From contig JADGNY010000005.1 of assembly GCA_017883235.1 (NCBI GenBank), positions 7,180-71,179 of the forward strand: DNA of 64,000 nucleotides, in the 5' to 3' direction. Source of the DNA: Thermoanaerobaculia bacterium. Its GTDB lineage: Bacteria > Acidobacteriota > Thermoanaerobaculia > Gp7-AA8. The notes below the pieces were generated by a model that did not search any database, had not been told where the DNA came from, and worked only from the letters and a program-made list of their open reading frames with translations. This document shows positions 54,032 to 62,976 of the stretch, one piece after another; within the stretch, counting starts at the first letter, position 1; each line of letters opens with the position of its first letter. The position numbers and the translations under genes are program-made.

Positions 54032-55332
54032 CGCCGGACGCCCTGGACGCCGGGAGGGGCGGACTTGGAAGTGATGGCGCTGGTGACCACCTCGTCTCCC
54101 GGTTTCACGGCGCCCCTAAGCACCTTCCTCACCTCGGTGTACGCGTGATCGGTGATGCCGAGGGCCACCTCGACCGGCTCGATCGTTCCGTCCGCGCGGA
54201 GTTGCCAGAGCACCGCCCGCTCGGCACGCGCTTCCCGCCGCCCCCCCGCGGGGGCGCCAGCCCCCTTCTCGGCCGGTTCCGATTCGATCCCGTACTTCGC
54301 GTAGAGAACGCGCACCTCCTCCGGGGAAAGAGGGGGCTTGAAACGCAGCGCCGCGTTCGGCAGCTTCACCACGTTCTCCACCGTGTCGACCGGGATCGTC
54401 ACATACGCCGTCATGCCGGGAAAGAGCTTTAGGTCCGGGTTGGCGAAGTCGATCACCGCGTCATAGGTGACGACGTTCGAAATGGTAGTGGGGTTCATCC
54501 GAAGCTGACTCACGGTTCCCTTGAACAGCTCCTTCGGAAAGGCATCCACCTTGAACGTGACCTCCTGCCCTTTCCGAATCCGTCCCACGTCGGACTCGTC
54601 CACCTTCGCGTAGACCTGCATCTTGGCCAGGTCCTGGGCGATGGCGAAGATCGTCGGTGCCTGCAGCGAGGCGGCCACGGTCTGTCCGACGTCGACGTTG
54701 CGCGCCACGACCGTTCCATCGATCGGCGAGCGGATGATGGTGTAGTTCAGATTCGTGCGCGCCACGGCCACCGCCGCTTCCTTCTGGCTCACCTGCGCCT
54801 CGGCCTGGACCACGCTCGCCGCAGCGGCATCGACCGCTGCTTTCGCCGACTCGTAGTTCGCCTTGGCCAGATCGAGAGCCGACTGGCTGCCGATGTCCTT
54901 CTGCGTCAGCACCCGGGCCCGGTCGAATTCCGCCTTCGTCTGCGCAAGACCCGCCCTTGCTTTGGAAAGGTTGGCCTTCGCTGCCACGACGTTGGCCTTT
55001 GCGTTCTGGACGTCGGCGCTGGCCTGCAGCAGTGCTCCCTGGAGCAGCCGTGGGTCGATCTCGGCAATGATCTCGTCCTTGTGGACGCGCGAGTTGAAAT
55101 CGGCATTGAGCTTGGCGATCGTGCCGGACACCTGTGAGCCGACCTGGACGTTGATGACGGCGTTGACCGTGCCGCTGGCTTCGACCGCGTCGCGGATCTC
55201 CCCCTCCTGCACCTTGGCGGTGAGGTATTGGGTCGTGTCACCGCGACGAATCAATGCCGAAGCCGCGATCGCCGCCAGAATGAGGACGCTCACGATGATG
55301 AGCCAGTGCCGCCGGGTCAGGCGCTTACTCAT
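54028..55332 (-). CDS. Efflux periplasmic adaptor (HlyD/MacA-like membrane fusion protein)
   Basis: N-terminal TM anchor, a long coiled-coil hairpin (LLQASADVQNAKANVVAAKANLSKARAGLAQTKAEFDRA) and beta-barrel domains. Confidence 0.85.
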   Translation of the reverse strand: MSKRLTRRHWLIIVSVLILAAIAASALIRRGDTTQYLTAKVQEGEIRDAVEASGTVNAVINVQVGSQVSGTIAKLNADFNSRVHKDEIIAEIDPRLLQGALLQASADVQNAKANVVAAKANLSKARAGLAQTKAEFDRARVLTQKDIGSQSALDLAKANYESAKAAVDAAAASVVQAEAQVSQKEAAVAVARTNLNYTIIRSPIDGTVVARNVDVGQTVAASLQAPTIFAIAQDLAKMQVYAKVDESDVGRIRKGQEVTFKVDAFPKELFKGTVSQLRMNPTTISNVVTYDAVIDFANPDLKLFPGMTAYVTIPVDTVENVVKLPNAALRFKPPLSPEEVRVLYAKYGIESEPAEKGAGAPAGGRREARAERAVLWQLRADGTIEPVEVALGITDHAYTEVRKVLRGAVKPGDEVVTSAITSKSAPPGVQGVRR

Positions 55333-56542
55333 AGCGCAGCGCCTCGATGGGATCCAGGAGCGAGGCTTTGCGCGCCGGGTAGTAGCCGAAGAAAACGCCG
55401 ACGGCGATCGAGAAAAGGGCCGCCAACAACACCGCTTTCAACGAGATCTCCATCGGCCAGTTGAGCGCCCGGCCGACGAAGAACGATCCAACCACTCCGG
55501 CCACCATCCCTGCCACGCCGCCGACGAGGCTGAGGATCACCGATTCGGCCAGGAACTGGATCTGGATAGCCTCCTCGGTTGCACCGACGGAGACGCGTAC
55601 GCCGATCTCACGCGTTCGCTCCGTCACCGAGACCAGCATTACATTCATGATTCCGATTCCGCCGACGATGAGTGAGATCGAGGCGATGGCGACGAGCAGC
55701 AGGGTCAGCGTGCGGCTGGCTTCGAGCTGGGCTTTGATGATGTCCTCCGGGTTGCGGATATTGAAATCGTCATTCTCTTCGGGACGAAGATGGTGGCGGT
55801 CGCGGAGCAGCGCCGCCGTCTGCTGCCCGGCCAGCTTGACCACGTCGGGGGAGACGGCCGAACAGAGAATGTCGTCGAGCCAAGTGACGCCCTTCAGTTT
55901 CTTCTGCACGGTCGTGTAGGGAAGAAGGATCGTATCGTCCTGATCCTGCCCTGAAATCGCCAGCCCTTTCGGGCTGAGCACGGCCACTACTTTGACGGGA
56001 AGGCTGCGCAACCGGATTACCTTTCCGATGGGGTCTTCGGGGCCGAAGAGCTGGTCGCGCACGGTGCGGCCGATCGCGCAAACTGCAGCCGAGCGGTCGA
56101 CATCGTCCTTCGTGAAGGCGGCACCCTGATCGATGCCCCAGCGCTTGATGTCGAAGTACTCCGGCGAGACGCCGCGATACGACGTGAACCAGTTCTGATT
56201 GGCGTAGATGACCTGGATCGAGCCGTCGACGTTCGGCGAGACGCTCTTGATCATCGGGATCTGATTCTTGATGGCCAGGGCATCGCCGAGGGTGAGCGTC
56301 GGGGTTCCGTGCGTGCCGGTGCGGACGCCGTTCACGGCCCGACCGCCGGCCTCGATCCAGACGAAATTGTCGCCGAGGTTGTTGAGCTGCTGCTCGACGC
56401 GGGCCTGTCCGGCTTTACCGATCGCGACGACGCAGATGACCGCGGCGATGCCGATGGTGATCCCGAGAACCGTGAGCAAGCTTCGTAGTTTGTTCCGCAG
56501 CAGAGCCCAGACCGACGCTGCGAGGAGGGCAAGGTAGTTCAT
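55325..56542 (-). CDS. MacB-like ABC transporter permease (FtsX domain)
   Basis: TM1, a large periplasmic domain and a C-terminal FtsX-type 3-TM bundle (...GGIGIMNVMLVSVTERTREIGVR...). Confidence 0.85.
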   Translation of the reverse strand: MNYLALLAASVWALLRNKLRSLLTVLGITIGIAAVICVVAIGKAGQARVEQQLNNLGDNFVWIEAGGRAVNGVRTGTHGTPTLTLGDALAIKNQIPMIKSVSPNVDGSIQVIYANQNWFTSYRGVSPEYFDIKRWGIDQGAAFTKDDVDRSAAVCAIGRTVRDQLFGPEDPIGKVIRLRSLPVKVVAVLSPKGLAISGQDQDDTILLPYTTVQKKLKGVTWLDDILCSAVSPDVVKLAGQQTAALLRDRHHLRPEENDDFNIRNPEDIIKAQLEASRTLTLLLVAIASISLIVGGIGIMNVMLVSVTERTREIGVRVSVGATEEAIQIQFLAESVILSLVGGVAGMVAGVVGSFFVGRALNWPMEISLKAVLLAALFSIAVGVFFGYYPARKASLLDPIEALRYE

Positions 56543-56724
56543 TCGTCGGCGCGCACTCTACCGTAATCGGCTGGTGTACTTGTATTTTGGCATTCCGGTC
56601 CGAGGACGATGCTCCATGCCGTCGATATCGGCTGGCCCTGCACCACGTTGTTCGTGATCCACGCATTGCCGTTGCCGTACGATTCACGTGAATCCGTTTG
56701 CGCGTCACCCACCGCATCGATCCC

Positions 56725-57618
56725 TCACTTCCTTGTCTTCATGTGATCGAGCGCGCTGCGAAGTGTCGTCGCAAGGTTCTTCGCGTCGTCGTTCGCCCAG
56801 AAGTGGATAAAGAACAGACGCGGCGTCTCTTCGAGCATGTGGCTGTGGAGCGCCGTTACGGTGATGCCGCCTCCGCGCAGCGTGCGGATCACGGGATTCA
56901 CCTCGGAAGCGATGAGAACGAAGTCTCCCGTGATCGCCGCGCGGCCGTTGCCAGTCGGCTGGAAATTGAGCGGGATGTTCATCATTGACGGCGGGATCTC
57001 CACGCCGTGCTCCATGATCGTTTCGGCGCGGGCCAGCGCAAACTGATACGTCCCGCCCGCGACCTTTCCAGCGTGCCCGATGATGTGATCGAGATCGGCG
57101 GTTGGAAGGTCGAGCGCCGGAGGCGCGGCGAGAGGAGTTGGCGGAGGTCCCATCGGCGTCTTCGTGAGCGCGAGTGCGTCATGCAGCGCGCTCGCGAGTT
57201 TCGTTGCATCACCGTGACCCATGAAATGGACGTACATCACGTCCGGCGACTCGCCGAGCAGATGGTTATGCAGAGCACTCTGTTCGACGCCTCCCTTCTG
57301 CAGCGCATCGATGACGGCGCTCACCTCCGAGTCGAGCAGGACGAGATCGCCCATGGTCATGACGTGCCCGCCGCCGATGTCCTTGAACGCCGCCCATGAT
57401 CCGAGCGCGAGCGCCGGCTTGATGGCCACGCCGTCCAGGGTGACGGCGAGGTCGCTGCGTGGGAAACTGACCTTGTAGACGTCGCCGGGTAGGACGTAGC
57501 CCGCCCGGCCAATGGCCTGCTCCACGTCTTTCCAATCAGTCCGGCCGGCGGTTGACTTCTTCGGCGTTGCTGCGACGAACAGAAGAACGGACAAAACGAT
57601 CAACAATGCTTTGCGCAT
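56725..57618 (-). CDS. DUF1259 (LpqO/LppY-like) secreted protein
   Basis: Signal peptide, followed by a duplicated module ...VYKVSFPRSDL.VTLDGV...GDLVLL.SEV..V...L...G..V.ALHNH.... Confidence 0.6.
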   Translation of the reverse strand: MRKALLIVLSVLLFVAATPKKSTAGRTDWKDVEQAIGRAGYVLPGDVYKVSFPRSDLAVTLDGVAIKPALALGSWAAFKDIGGGHVMTMGDLVLLDSEVSAVIDALQKGGVEQSALHNHLLGESPDVMYVHFMGHGDATKLASALHDALALTKTPMGPPPTPLAAPPALDLPTADLDHIIGHAGKVAGGTYQFALARAETIMEHGVEIPPSMMNIPLNFQPTGNGRAAITGDFVLIASEVNPVIRTLRGGGITVTALHSHMLEETPRLFFIHFWANDDAKNLATTLRSALDHMKTRK

Positions 57619-57727
57619 CAGACACTCCTTCGTTGTCAGGGTTTCACTGGTGGAAATACATCGTGCACGACGAAAATCCGTCCGCCATCGGGATCACAAA
57701 CGTACACATCCTTCCCAAACATCGTCA

Positions 57728-58687
57728 TCATCCTTTCTTCGAGTAGTACACGTAGAGGTCGTCCAATGCCCGGGAGGAGCGCTCGATGCGCGCGCTATCC
57801 TCGCGGTGCGCCATGGCGATGCTGGCGATGAGCACCGCCACGCCGGGCGTCTCCGGCCGGTCGAACTTCGCGTCTTTGAGGTCGATGTCGTGGACAACCT
57901 CGGCGATGGCCCGAAGCGCCCGGTCGTCGAGCCGCATCCGATCGATCAGGACCTCAAACGTGCAGCGGTCGCTCTCGTGCGTGAACTCCGCGTCGAACAT
58001 ATCGAAGCGGACCTCCCCATCCTCGGGTGTGTAGTGCTTCGCCGGGACGAACTTGAACGTGGCCTCGAAATCGATGAAACGCTTGATCAGCCACGCGCTG
58101 GCCATCCGATCGACGTGCACACCGGCGCGTGTGACCCATGTCCGCCCTCGAAACGCCTCGGCCACTGGCGCCGGTGGCAACGGCGGAGCCTCGGACAATC
58201 GCTGCGCGATCTGGTCGACAAGTGTGATGGCGACATGACCCTGCGGCGCGCCGAAGAAATCGATGGTGCCGATCTCGTTGGCGCGCTTTCGCAGACGCTG
58301 CACGTCGGCACCGATCTGCTCAGAGTCGCGCTTCTTCCGCGACGATGCCTTGAGGAGGTCCTTTGCTTCGGCGACGACGCTCGCGTAATCCTCATCGCGC
58401 GCGGTATTGAAAAGCTGTTGGACCTCGCCGTCGCTCAACCCCTCGATCACGCGCGCCTCGAACAGATTTGCCTCGCCGCCTCCGTCGCGGATTTCACGAA
58501 GAGCCCATTGGAAGTCCTCGAGCGAGCTGTCCGTGGCCGGCAGCACGTAGACGGTGTTCTTGATTGCCACCGCGCCGATGCGTTGCATGTGCCGGGCGAC
58601 CTTCACCCGCAGGTAGTTCGGCTTCGGCGGGAGCTGGTGGATCAGCAAGAGCCACCGTGAGCCTGCCACTGTCGGATCGTTAGGCAT
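57728..58687 (-). CDS. ChrB-like chromate-resistance domain protein
   Basis: Start at MPNDPTV. WLLLIHQLPPKPNYLRVKVARHMQRIGAVAIKNTVYVLP is the ChrB N-domain. The C-domain is WVTRAGVHVDRMASAWLIKRFID. The track start (58762) would overlap the divergent gene. Confidence 0.65.
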   Translation of the reverse strand: MPNDPTVAGSRWLLLIHQLPPKPNYLRVKVARHMQRIGAVAIKNTVYVLPATDSSLEDFQWALREIRDGGGEANLFEARVIEGLSDGEVQQLFNTARDEDYASVVAEAKDLLKASSRKKRDSEQIGADVQRLRKRANEIGTIDFFGAPQGHVAITLVDQIAQRLSEAPPLPPAPVAEAFRGRTWVTRAGVHVDRMASAWLIKRFIDFEATFKFVPAKHYTPEDGEVRFDMFDAEFTHESDRCTFEVLIDRMRLDDRALRAIAEVVHDIDLKDAKFDRPETPGVAVLIASIAMAHREDSARIERSSRALDDLYVYYSKKG

Positions 58688-58764
58688 TGACAGCGCAACT
58701 GTATCATCGACGTTGATCTCGGTGATACACTTGCACCCCTCCATTGACATACGGAGGCTCATCC

Positions 58765-59409
58765 ATGCGTTCTGCGTTCACCGCCCTCGCGCTATTCGCT
58801 TCACTGACCGTGTCACCGGCTTTCGCTGCGGACGCGACGAAGACACGTACGTACACGTTTGAAAACGATGCGGTCGGCGCTGCGCCCGCTGATTTCGAGT
58901 TTGCCCGCACCGGTCAGGGCGCCGAGGGGAAATGGACGGTCCAGCTCGAACGAGGCGCGAAGAACCGCGTTCTCCTGCAGTCGAGTGCTGACAAAACCGA
59001 CGATCGATTCCCCTTGGCCGTCGTGAAGAACGAATCACTGCACGACGTGACCCTCACCGTACGCGCGCGGCCGCTGGAAGGCGAAGTGGACCAGGGCTTC
59101 GGACTCGTCTGGCGATATCGCGATGTGAACAACTATTACCTGACCCGCTGCAATGCCGACGAGGACAACTGCACGATCTACCACGTGATCAACGGAAGCC
59201 GCAGAGCATTTCAGAATCACGGGATCAAGGTTGCCACCCATGCCTGGCACACCTTGAAGATGGAAGCGCGCGGCAACCACTTCGTCGTCTGGTTCGATGG
59301 CCAGAAAGTGCTCGACGCGCGCGACGAAACCTTCCAGTCAGGGAGGGTCGGTCTTTGGACGAAGGCGGACTCGGTGATCGAGTTCGACGACTTGACGATC
59401 GCGCCGTAG
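58765..59409 (+). CDS. Secreted DUF1080/LamG-like (concanavalin-fold) protein
   Basis: Start at MRSAFTALALFASLTVSPAFA. ...GKWTVQ...GFGLVWRYRD.NNYY...WHTLKMEARGNHFVVWFDG.KV...GRVGLWTK. Confidence 0.55.
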   Translation: MRSAFTALALFASLTVSPAFAADATKTRTYTFENDAVGAAPADFEFARTGQGAEGKWTVQLERGAKNRVLLQSSADKTDDRFPLAVVKNESLHDVTLTVRARPLEGEVDQGFGLVWRYRDVNNYYLTRCNADEDNCTIYHVINGSRRAFQNHGIKVATHAWHTLKMEARGNHFVVWFDGQKVLDARDETFQSGRVGLWTKADSVIEFDDLTIAP

Positions 59410-59435
59410 GGGCGGATGTCGAGCGAGAACGACCG

Positions 59436-59464
59436 CGATGGCGGTGGGTGCGACTCCAGTCACC
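59436..59464 (+). other. tRNA(CAT) remnant: candidate att-like direct repeat
   Basis: cgatggcggtg (identical to 45531-45541) is fused to ggtGcgactccagtcacc (17/18 match to the T-arm/acceptor at 45587-45604), in the same orientation as the tRNA. Confidence 0.55.
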
Positions 59465-59473
59465 AACTCCACA

Positions 59474-59510
59474 AAGAAGCCCGAGGCGCAACGCCTCGGG
59501 CTTCTTGTTT
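59474..59510 (+). terminator. Rho-independent (bidirectional) terminator
   Basis: aagaagcccgaggcg-caa-cgcctcgggcttctt followed by gttt. It lies between the convergent genes 58765-59409 and 59528-60160. Confidence 0.8.
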
Positions 59511-59527
59511 GGTGCGAGGAATCTCGT

Positions 59528-60160
59528 TCAGCCGCGGTTGATCTGCGCGACATCGAACACCCCGCCGCCGATCCACTGGCCGCTCATCTGCACGTAGTCG
59601 CCGGGGCGCAGGTTGCGGACGTTGGAAAGGCCGCCGGCGGTCATCTCCGCGGTGATCAAACGGCCGGTTGCCTGGTCGCGGACGACGAGCGTGTTGTCGC
59701 GGTAGTCGATGCGGGCGATCACGCCGTTCACGTAGCCGTTGCCGTATGCGTAGCCTGCCACGGCGCCGGGGTAGCTCACGGCATCAAAGGCAATCGAACC
59801 GCCGCGGAAGGTGCCGCCGAGGCTGATCGAGACGCCGGCGCGGAGGTCGCGGTCGCGGTTCCCGAAGGTCGAACGTGGCACCCCGTACGACTGGCCTCGA
59901 TCGAGTTGCACGCGATACCCGTCGCGCTCGCGGCTGAACGAGCTGACCTTGCCGGACATCGTGACGCGCTGATTCTCGCGATTGCCGTTATTCGCCTGCC
60001 GATTGTCGCCGTTGCGCGCATCGGTCGTCTGTCTGCCGCGGTCGTTGTTGTTGCGGTTTCCGTCCCAGCGCGACTGCGCGAAAGACGGCGCCGCCAGAAG
60101 AAGGGCGATCGCGCCCGCTCCTGCTGCTTTCGTTGCCCACTTCGTCACTGTCGTTTTCAT
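59528..60160 (-). CDS. Secreted hypothetical protein (Asn/Arg/Gly-rich linker plus beta domain)
   Basis: Start at MKTTVTKWATKAAGAGAIALLLAAPSFA (signal peptide). No family recognised. Confidence 0.6.
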   Translation of the reverse strand: MKTTVTKWATKAAGAGAIALLLAAPSFAQSRWDGNRNNNDRGRQTTDARNGDNRQANNGNRENQRVTMSGKVSSFSRERDGYRVQLDRGQSYGVPRSTFGNRDRDLRAGVSISLGGTFRGGSIAFDAVSYPGAVAGYAYGNGYVNGVIARIDYRDNTLVVRDQATGRLITAEMTAGGLSNVRNLRPGDYVQMSGQWIGGGVFDVAQINRG

Positions 60161-60284
60161 ATTGTTCTCCTTGTGTTGCACACGGAAAGACAGTCCCGGA
60201 GAGAGCGTTCTTTCGCCCGAAACACCAACGGCATGCGGGTGTTACGAGGTGCATCTTTCGGCGCCGAACGGCGGCACGGCCGCG

Positions 60285-60776
60285 CTACGGAGCCGGCTGC
60301 TCTCCGCCGGCGGCCGCCGCTTTCTTACTTTTGCCCCGGATGTGGTTCGTCTGTTTCATCATCTCGACGAAGGGAATCAGATCGGAGTGTTCCTTCTTCT
60401 TGACGAGACCGCGCAGTACCGTGTAAATCTGCAGGACGGCCTGCCCGAGGTTATGGCGGCGCTTGAGGTTGGCTGCCTTGACGCCAGCCAGCATCGCCGT
60501 CAGCTCAACCTCCACCGCCGTCCAATGTGCGGCGTCCTCGTTCTGCGTCCGGAGTTCTTCGGCCGTCATGCCGGTGAGCGATTGCGTCCCAGGATAGGCT
60601 CCGGCAGCACTGAGGCCGGCGCTGACGAACTCAGGATTGAGGTGAGCAACCCGCACCATCGACTGCGCCTGCTGAACGGGCAGTTGGCCGTAGTTCGGGA
60701 CTCGCTCGCGAAGCCTCCGCAGTTCCTGAACAAGCTCTTCAGGCTCGATCGGCACGACTTGGGTGTCCTCGTTCAT
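60285..60776 (-). CDS. Hypothetical all-helical protein (163 aa)
   Basis: ATG start with GAGGGAGGG upstream. Unbiased composition and a basic C-terminal tail. It lies directly next to the palindrome array. Confidence 0.55.
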   Translation of the reverse strand: MNEDTQVVPIEPEELVQELRRLRERVPNYGQLPVQQAQSMVRVAHLNPEFVSAGLSAAGAYPGTQSLTGMTAEELRTQNEDAAHWTAVEVELTAMLAGVKAANLKRRHNLGQAVLQIYTVLRGLVKKKEHSDLIPFVEMMKQTNHIRGKSKKAAAAGGEQPAP

Positions 60777-60794
60777 ATTGATGCCCTCCCTCGT

Positions 60795-61118
60795 TTGATG
60801 ACCAGCTCCATCAACGTAGCGATGATAGGAGTTCTCATGTGATGAAGGTCTGCATCTCGCTTGATGACTGATGGCATCAACGCACCTTCACGGTTTACCC
60901 TGTTTGATGAATGGCTCCATCAGTCTTGATGAATCACTACATCAACGTCGAAGCTCGACATTAGGACGTTGATGTTACTGCTCAACACCGTTGATGTGCA
61001 CTCTCATCAACGAAGACGTGTCGGCTTACAGCGTTGATGATGCTGGTCATCATCGTTGATGCAAGCTGGCATCAATTGAGAGATAGTACATCCCTCGTTT
61101 GATGACTGGCGACATCAA
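60795..61118. promoter_or_regulatory. Phased array of ten TTGATG-N8-CATCAA palindromes (candidate multi-operator or nucleoprotein assembly site)
   Basis: The sites are at 60795, 60839, 60861, 60904, 60926, 60969, 60991, 61034, 61056 and 61099, each 20 bp long. Centre-to-centre spacings are 44, 22, 43, 22, 43, 22, 43, 22 and 43 bp. Confidence 0.75.
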
Positions 61119-61195
61119 CGACCCTCGCTGCCGCTCTCAACGTTCCGCTATCATCCCGAAAACACATGGCTGTTGGATCAAACGAAGGGGAACGA

Positions 61196-61651
61196 ATGCC
61201 GTCACGAAAGAGTCCGTCAATTCTCGTATTCGCCTTGACCGCGATCGTTTCGTTCGCGTCCGTTGCTCACGGCGGCGCGCCGCTGAAAGGAGTCGACGTC
61301 AAACTCGGAAAGAGCCCCGGTGGCGGAGCCTCTGCCCGGACGACGAACGCGGAGGGCAAGATCGACCTCGGCGTGCTTCCCGCCGGCTCGTACTACATCG
61401 TCATCGACGCTCCGAAAGGTGCCGACGTGAACAAGGAGCCCGACGCGCAGATCGAGATCCACGGCGCAAAGGGCGGGACGATCAAGAAGCGCTGGAGCTA
61501 CGCGCAGAAGAAGGCGTTCGACGTCACCGCGGACGCGACCGCAAGAACCGGAGGCGAAGAGAAGATCCTCTTCACAGCCGACGGCAGCCATCCCGTCGAC
61601 ATCGCGGCCACGGCAGTGGTTAGGGCGAAATCGAACATCAGCAACAACTGA
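61196..61651 (+). CDS. Secreted small protein (Ig/CarboxypepD_reg-like beta sandwich guess)
   Basis: Start at MPSRKSPSILVFALTAIVSFASVAHG. ...TNAEGKIDLGVLPAGSYYIV. The track start is at 61166. Confidence 0.55.
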   Translation: MPSRKSPSILVFALTAIVSFASVAHGGAPLKGVDVKLGKSPGGGASARTTNAEGKIDLGVLPAGSYYIVIDAPKGADVNKEPDAQIEIHGAKGGTIKKRWSYAQKKAFDVTADATARTGGEEKILFTADGSHPVDIAATAVVRAKSNISNN

Positions 61652-61653
61652 CG

Positions 61654-62976
61654 GTGATCGTCGAAGCCATCCGCCGCTTTTTCGCGCTGCACGGTATCGG
61701 GAGCGGTCCTATCTTCGTCGCGGTCTCCGGCGGCGTCGACTCGACGGCGCTGCTCCTCGCACTGCTGGAGATGGGCGGCGTCGAGCTGATCGCGGCGCAC
61801 GTCAACCACCATCTTCGCGGCGCGGAATCGGATGACGACGAGGCCTACGTCCGCGAGCTCTGCGCGCGATACGACATCCCGCTCCGTGTTGCCGACGGGT
61901 ACCTGGATAGCGAGGCAATCCGGCATCGCGGCATCGAGGCGGCCGCGCGCGAAGTTCGTCACAGGAAACTGCGCGATATCGCGGGCACAAACCTCATCGC
62001 CACGGCACATCAGAAGAACGATCAGGCCGAGACCGTGTTGATGCGCCTCATGACCGGCGGCGGGATCGCGGCGTTGCGTGGGATTCATCCGGTTCGCGGC
62101 GACGGCGTGATCCGGCCGTTGCTCGAAGTGACGCGGCCTGAGATCGAGGAGTTTCTCGCCGGGCGCAAGGTCACTCCCCGATTCGACCGCTCGAATGCCG
62201 ATCCGCGCTTTCTGCGCAACCGCGTCCGCGCGCTCCTGCGCGAATTCGACGCCGGCGTGATCGACAACCTGGCCGCCATCGCCGGTCAGGCCCGGCAGCA
62301 GTGGCCGCTGCTGGAGCGGGCCATCGACGACGCCGAGGATGTGGCTGTGACCGAGGCGGAGACGCGATTCCGCTCGATGCCGGAGGACGACTGGCTTCGT
62401 CAGGCCCTTCTGCTGCGCCACATCCGCCGCCTCGATCCCGGCGCGCGCGATGTCTCCGCCGCCGACCTGACCCGGCTTGCATCGGCTACCAAACGAACCT
62501 CGGTGACGAAGTCGCTCGAGCTGCTGCCGGAGGGCGATCAGATCGTTCTCCGCCGCCGAGGCAGCGACGAGCCTGCGCCGCAATTTGAAGTCGAAATCCA
62601 TGCAGGGACCGAGGTCTACATCCCCGCCATCGAAACAACAATCCGCATCTACCCAGCAACCCAGCAACCCAGCAACCAACTCATCCAACTCCCCCCCGGA
62701 GCCCTCCCCCACTTCACCATCCGCAACCGCCGCGAGGGCGACCGTTTCCGGCCGCTCGGGATGGCGCACGACAAAAAGCTGAAGGATCTGCTGATTGATC
62801 GTAAGATTGCGGCATCGTCCCGGGACCGCATCCCACTCGTTGTCTGGCAGGGCACCATTGCCTGGGTCGCCGGTGTCGAAGTTTCTGAGCTGTTTAAAGT
62901 GACGGGCCAGGCCGCCGATCTTTACGAGGTCGCGATTGAGCAAGATCACGAAAGCGTTCAGCGCCAGGGAGATTGA
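61654..62976 (+). CDS. tilS: tRNA(Ile)-lysidine synthase
   Basis: GTG start. PP-loop is VAVSGGVDSTALL. ...ATAHQKNDQAETVLMRL..G. It sits in the conserved tilS-hpt-ftsH order. Confidence 0.9.
   Translation: MIVEAIRRFFALHGIGSGPIFVAVSGGVDSTALLLALLEMGGVELIAAHVNHHLRGAESDDDEAYVRELCARYDIPLRVADGYLDSEAIRHRGIEAAAREVRHRKLRDIAGTNLIATAHQKNDQAETVLMRLMTGGGIAALRGIHPVRGDGVIRPLLEVTRPEIEEFLAGRKVTPRFDRSNADPRFLRNRVRALLREFDAGVIDNLAAIAGQARQQWPLLERAIDDAEDVAVTEAETRFRSMPEDDWLRQALLLRHIRRLDPGARDVSAADLTRLASATKRTSVTKSLELLPEGDQIVLRRRGSDEPAPQFEVEIHAGTEVYIPAIETTIRIYPATQQPSNQLIQLPPGALPHFTIRNRREGDRFRPLGMAHDKKLKDLLIDRKIAASSRDRIPLVVWQGTIAWVAGVEVSELFKVTGQAADLYEVAIEQDHESVQRQGD

Noticed and set aside
45613-59435. Search for an integrase, excisionase, transposase or conjugation gene that would confirm a mobile island.
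   Set aside because: None of the ORFs in this interval shows tyrosine or serine recombinase or DDE motifs that I can recognise. The island hypothesis rests only on the tRNA remnant, the composition and the scars. It is scored accordingly.
60795-61118. Interpretation of the palindrome array as a replication origin (iterons) or as LexA, Fur, DnaA or parS boxes.
   Set aside because: There is no adjacent dnaA, rep or par gene and no obvious AT-rich unwinding element. The motif does not match the consensus of those boxes as I know them. I kept it as an unknown multi-operator.
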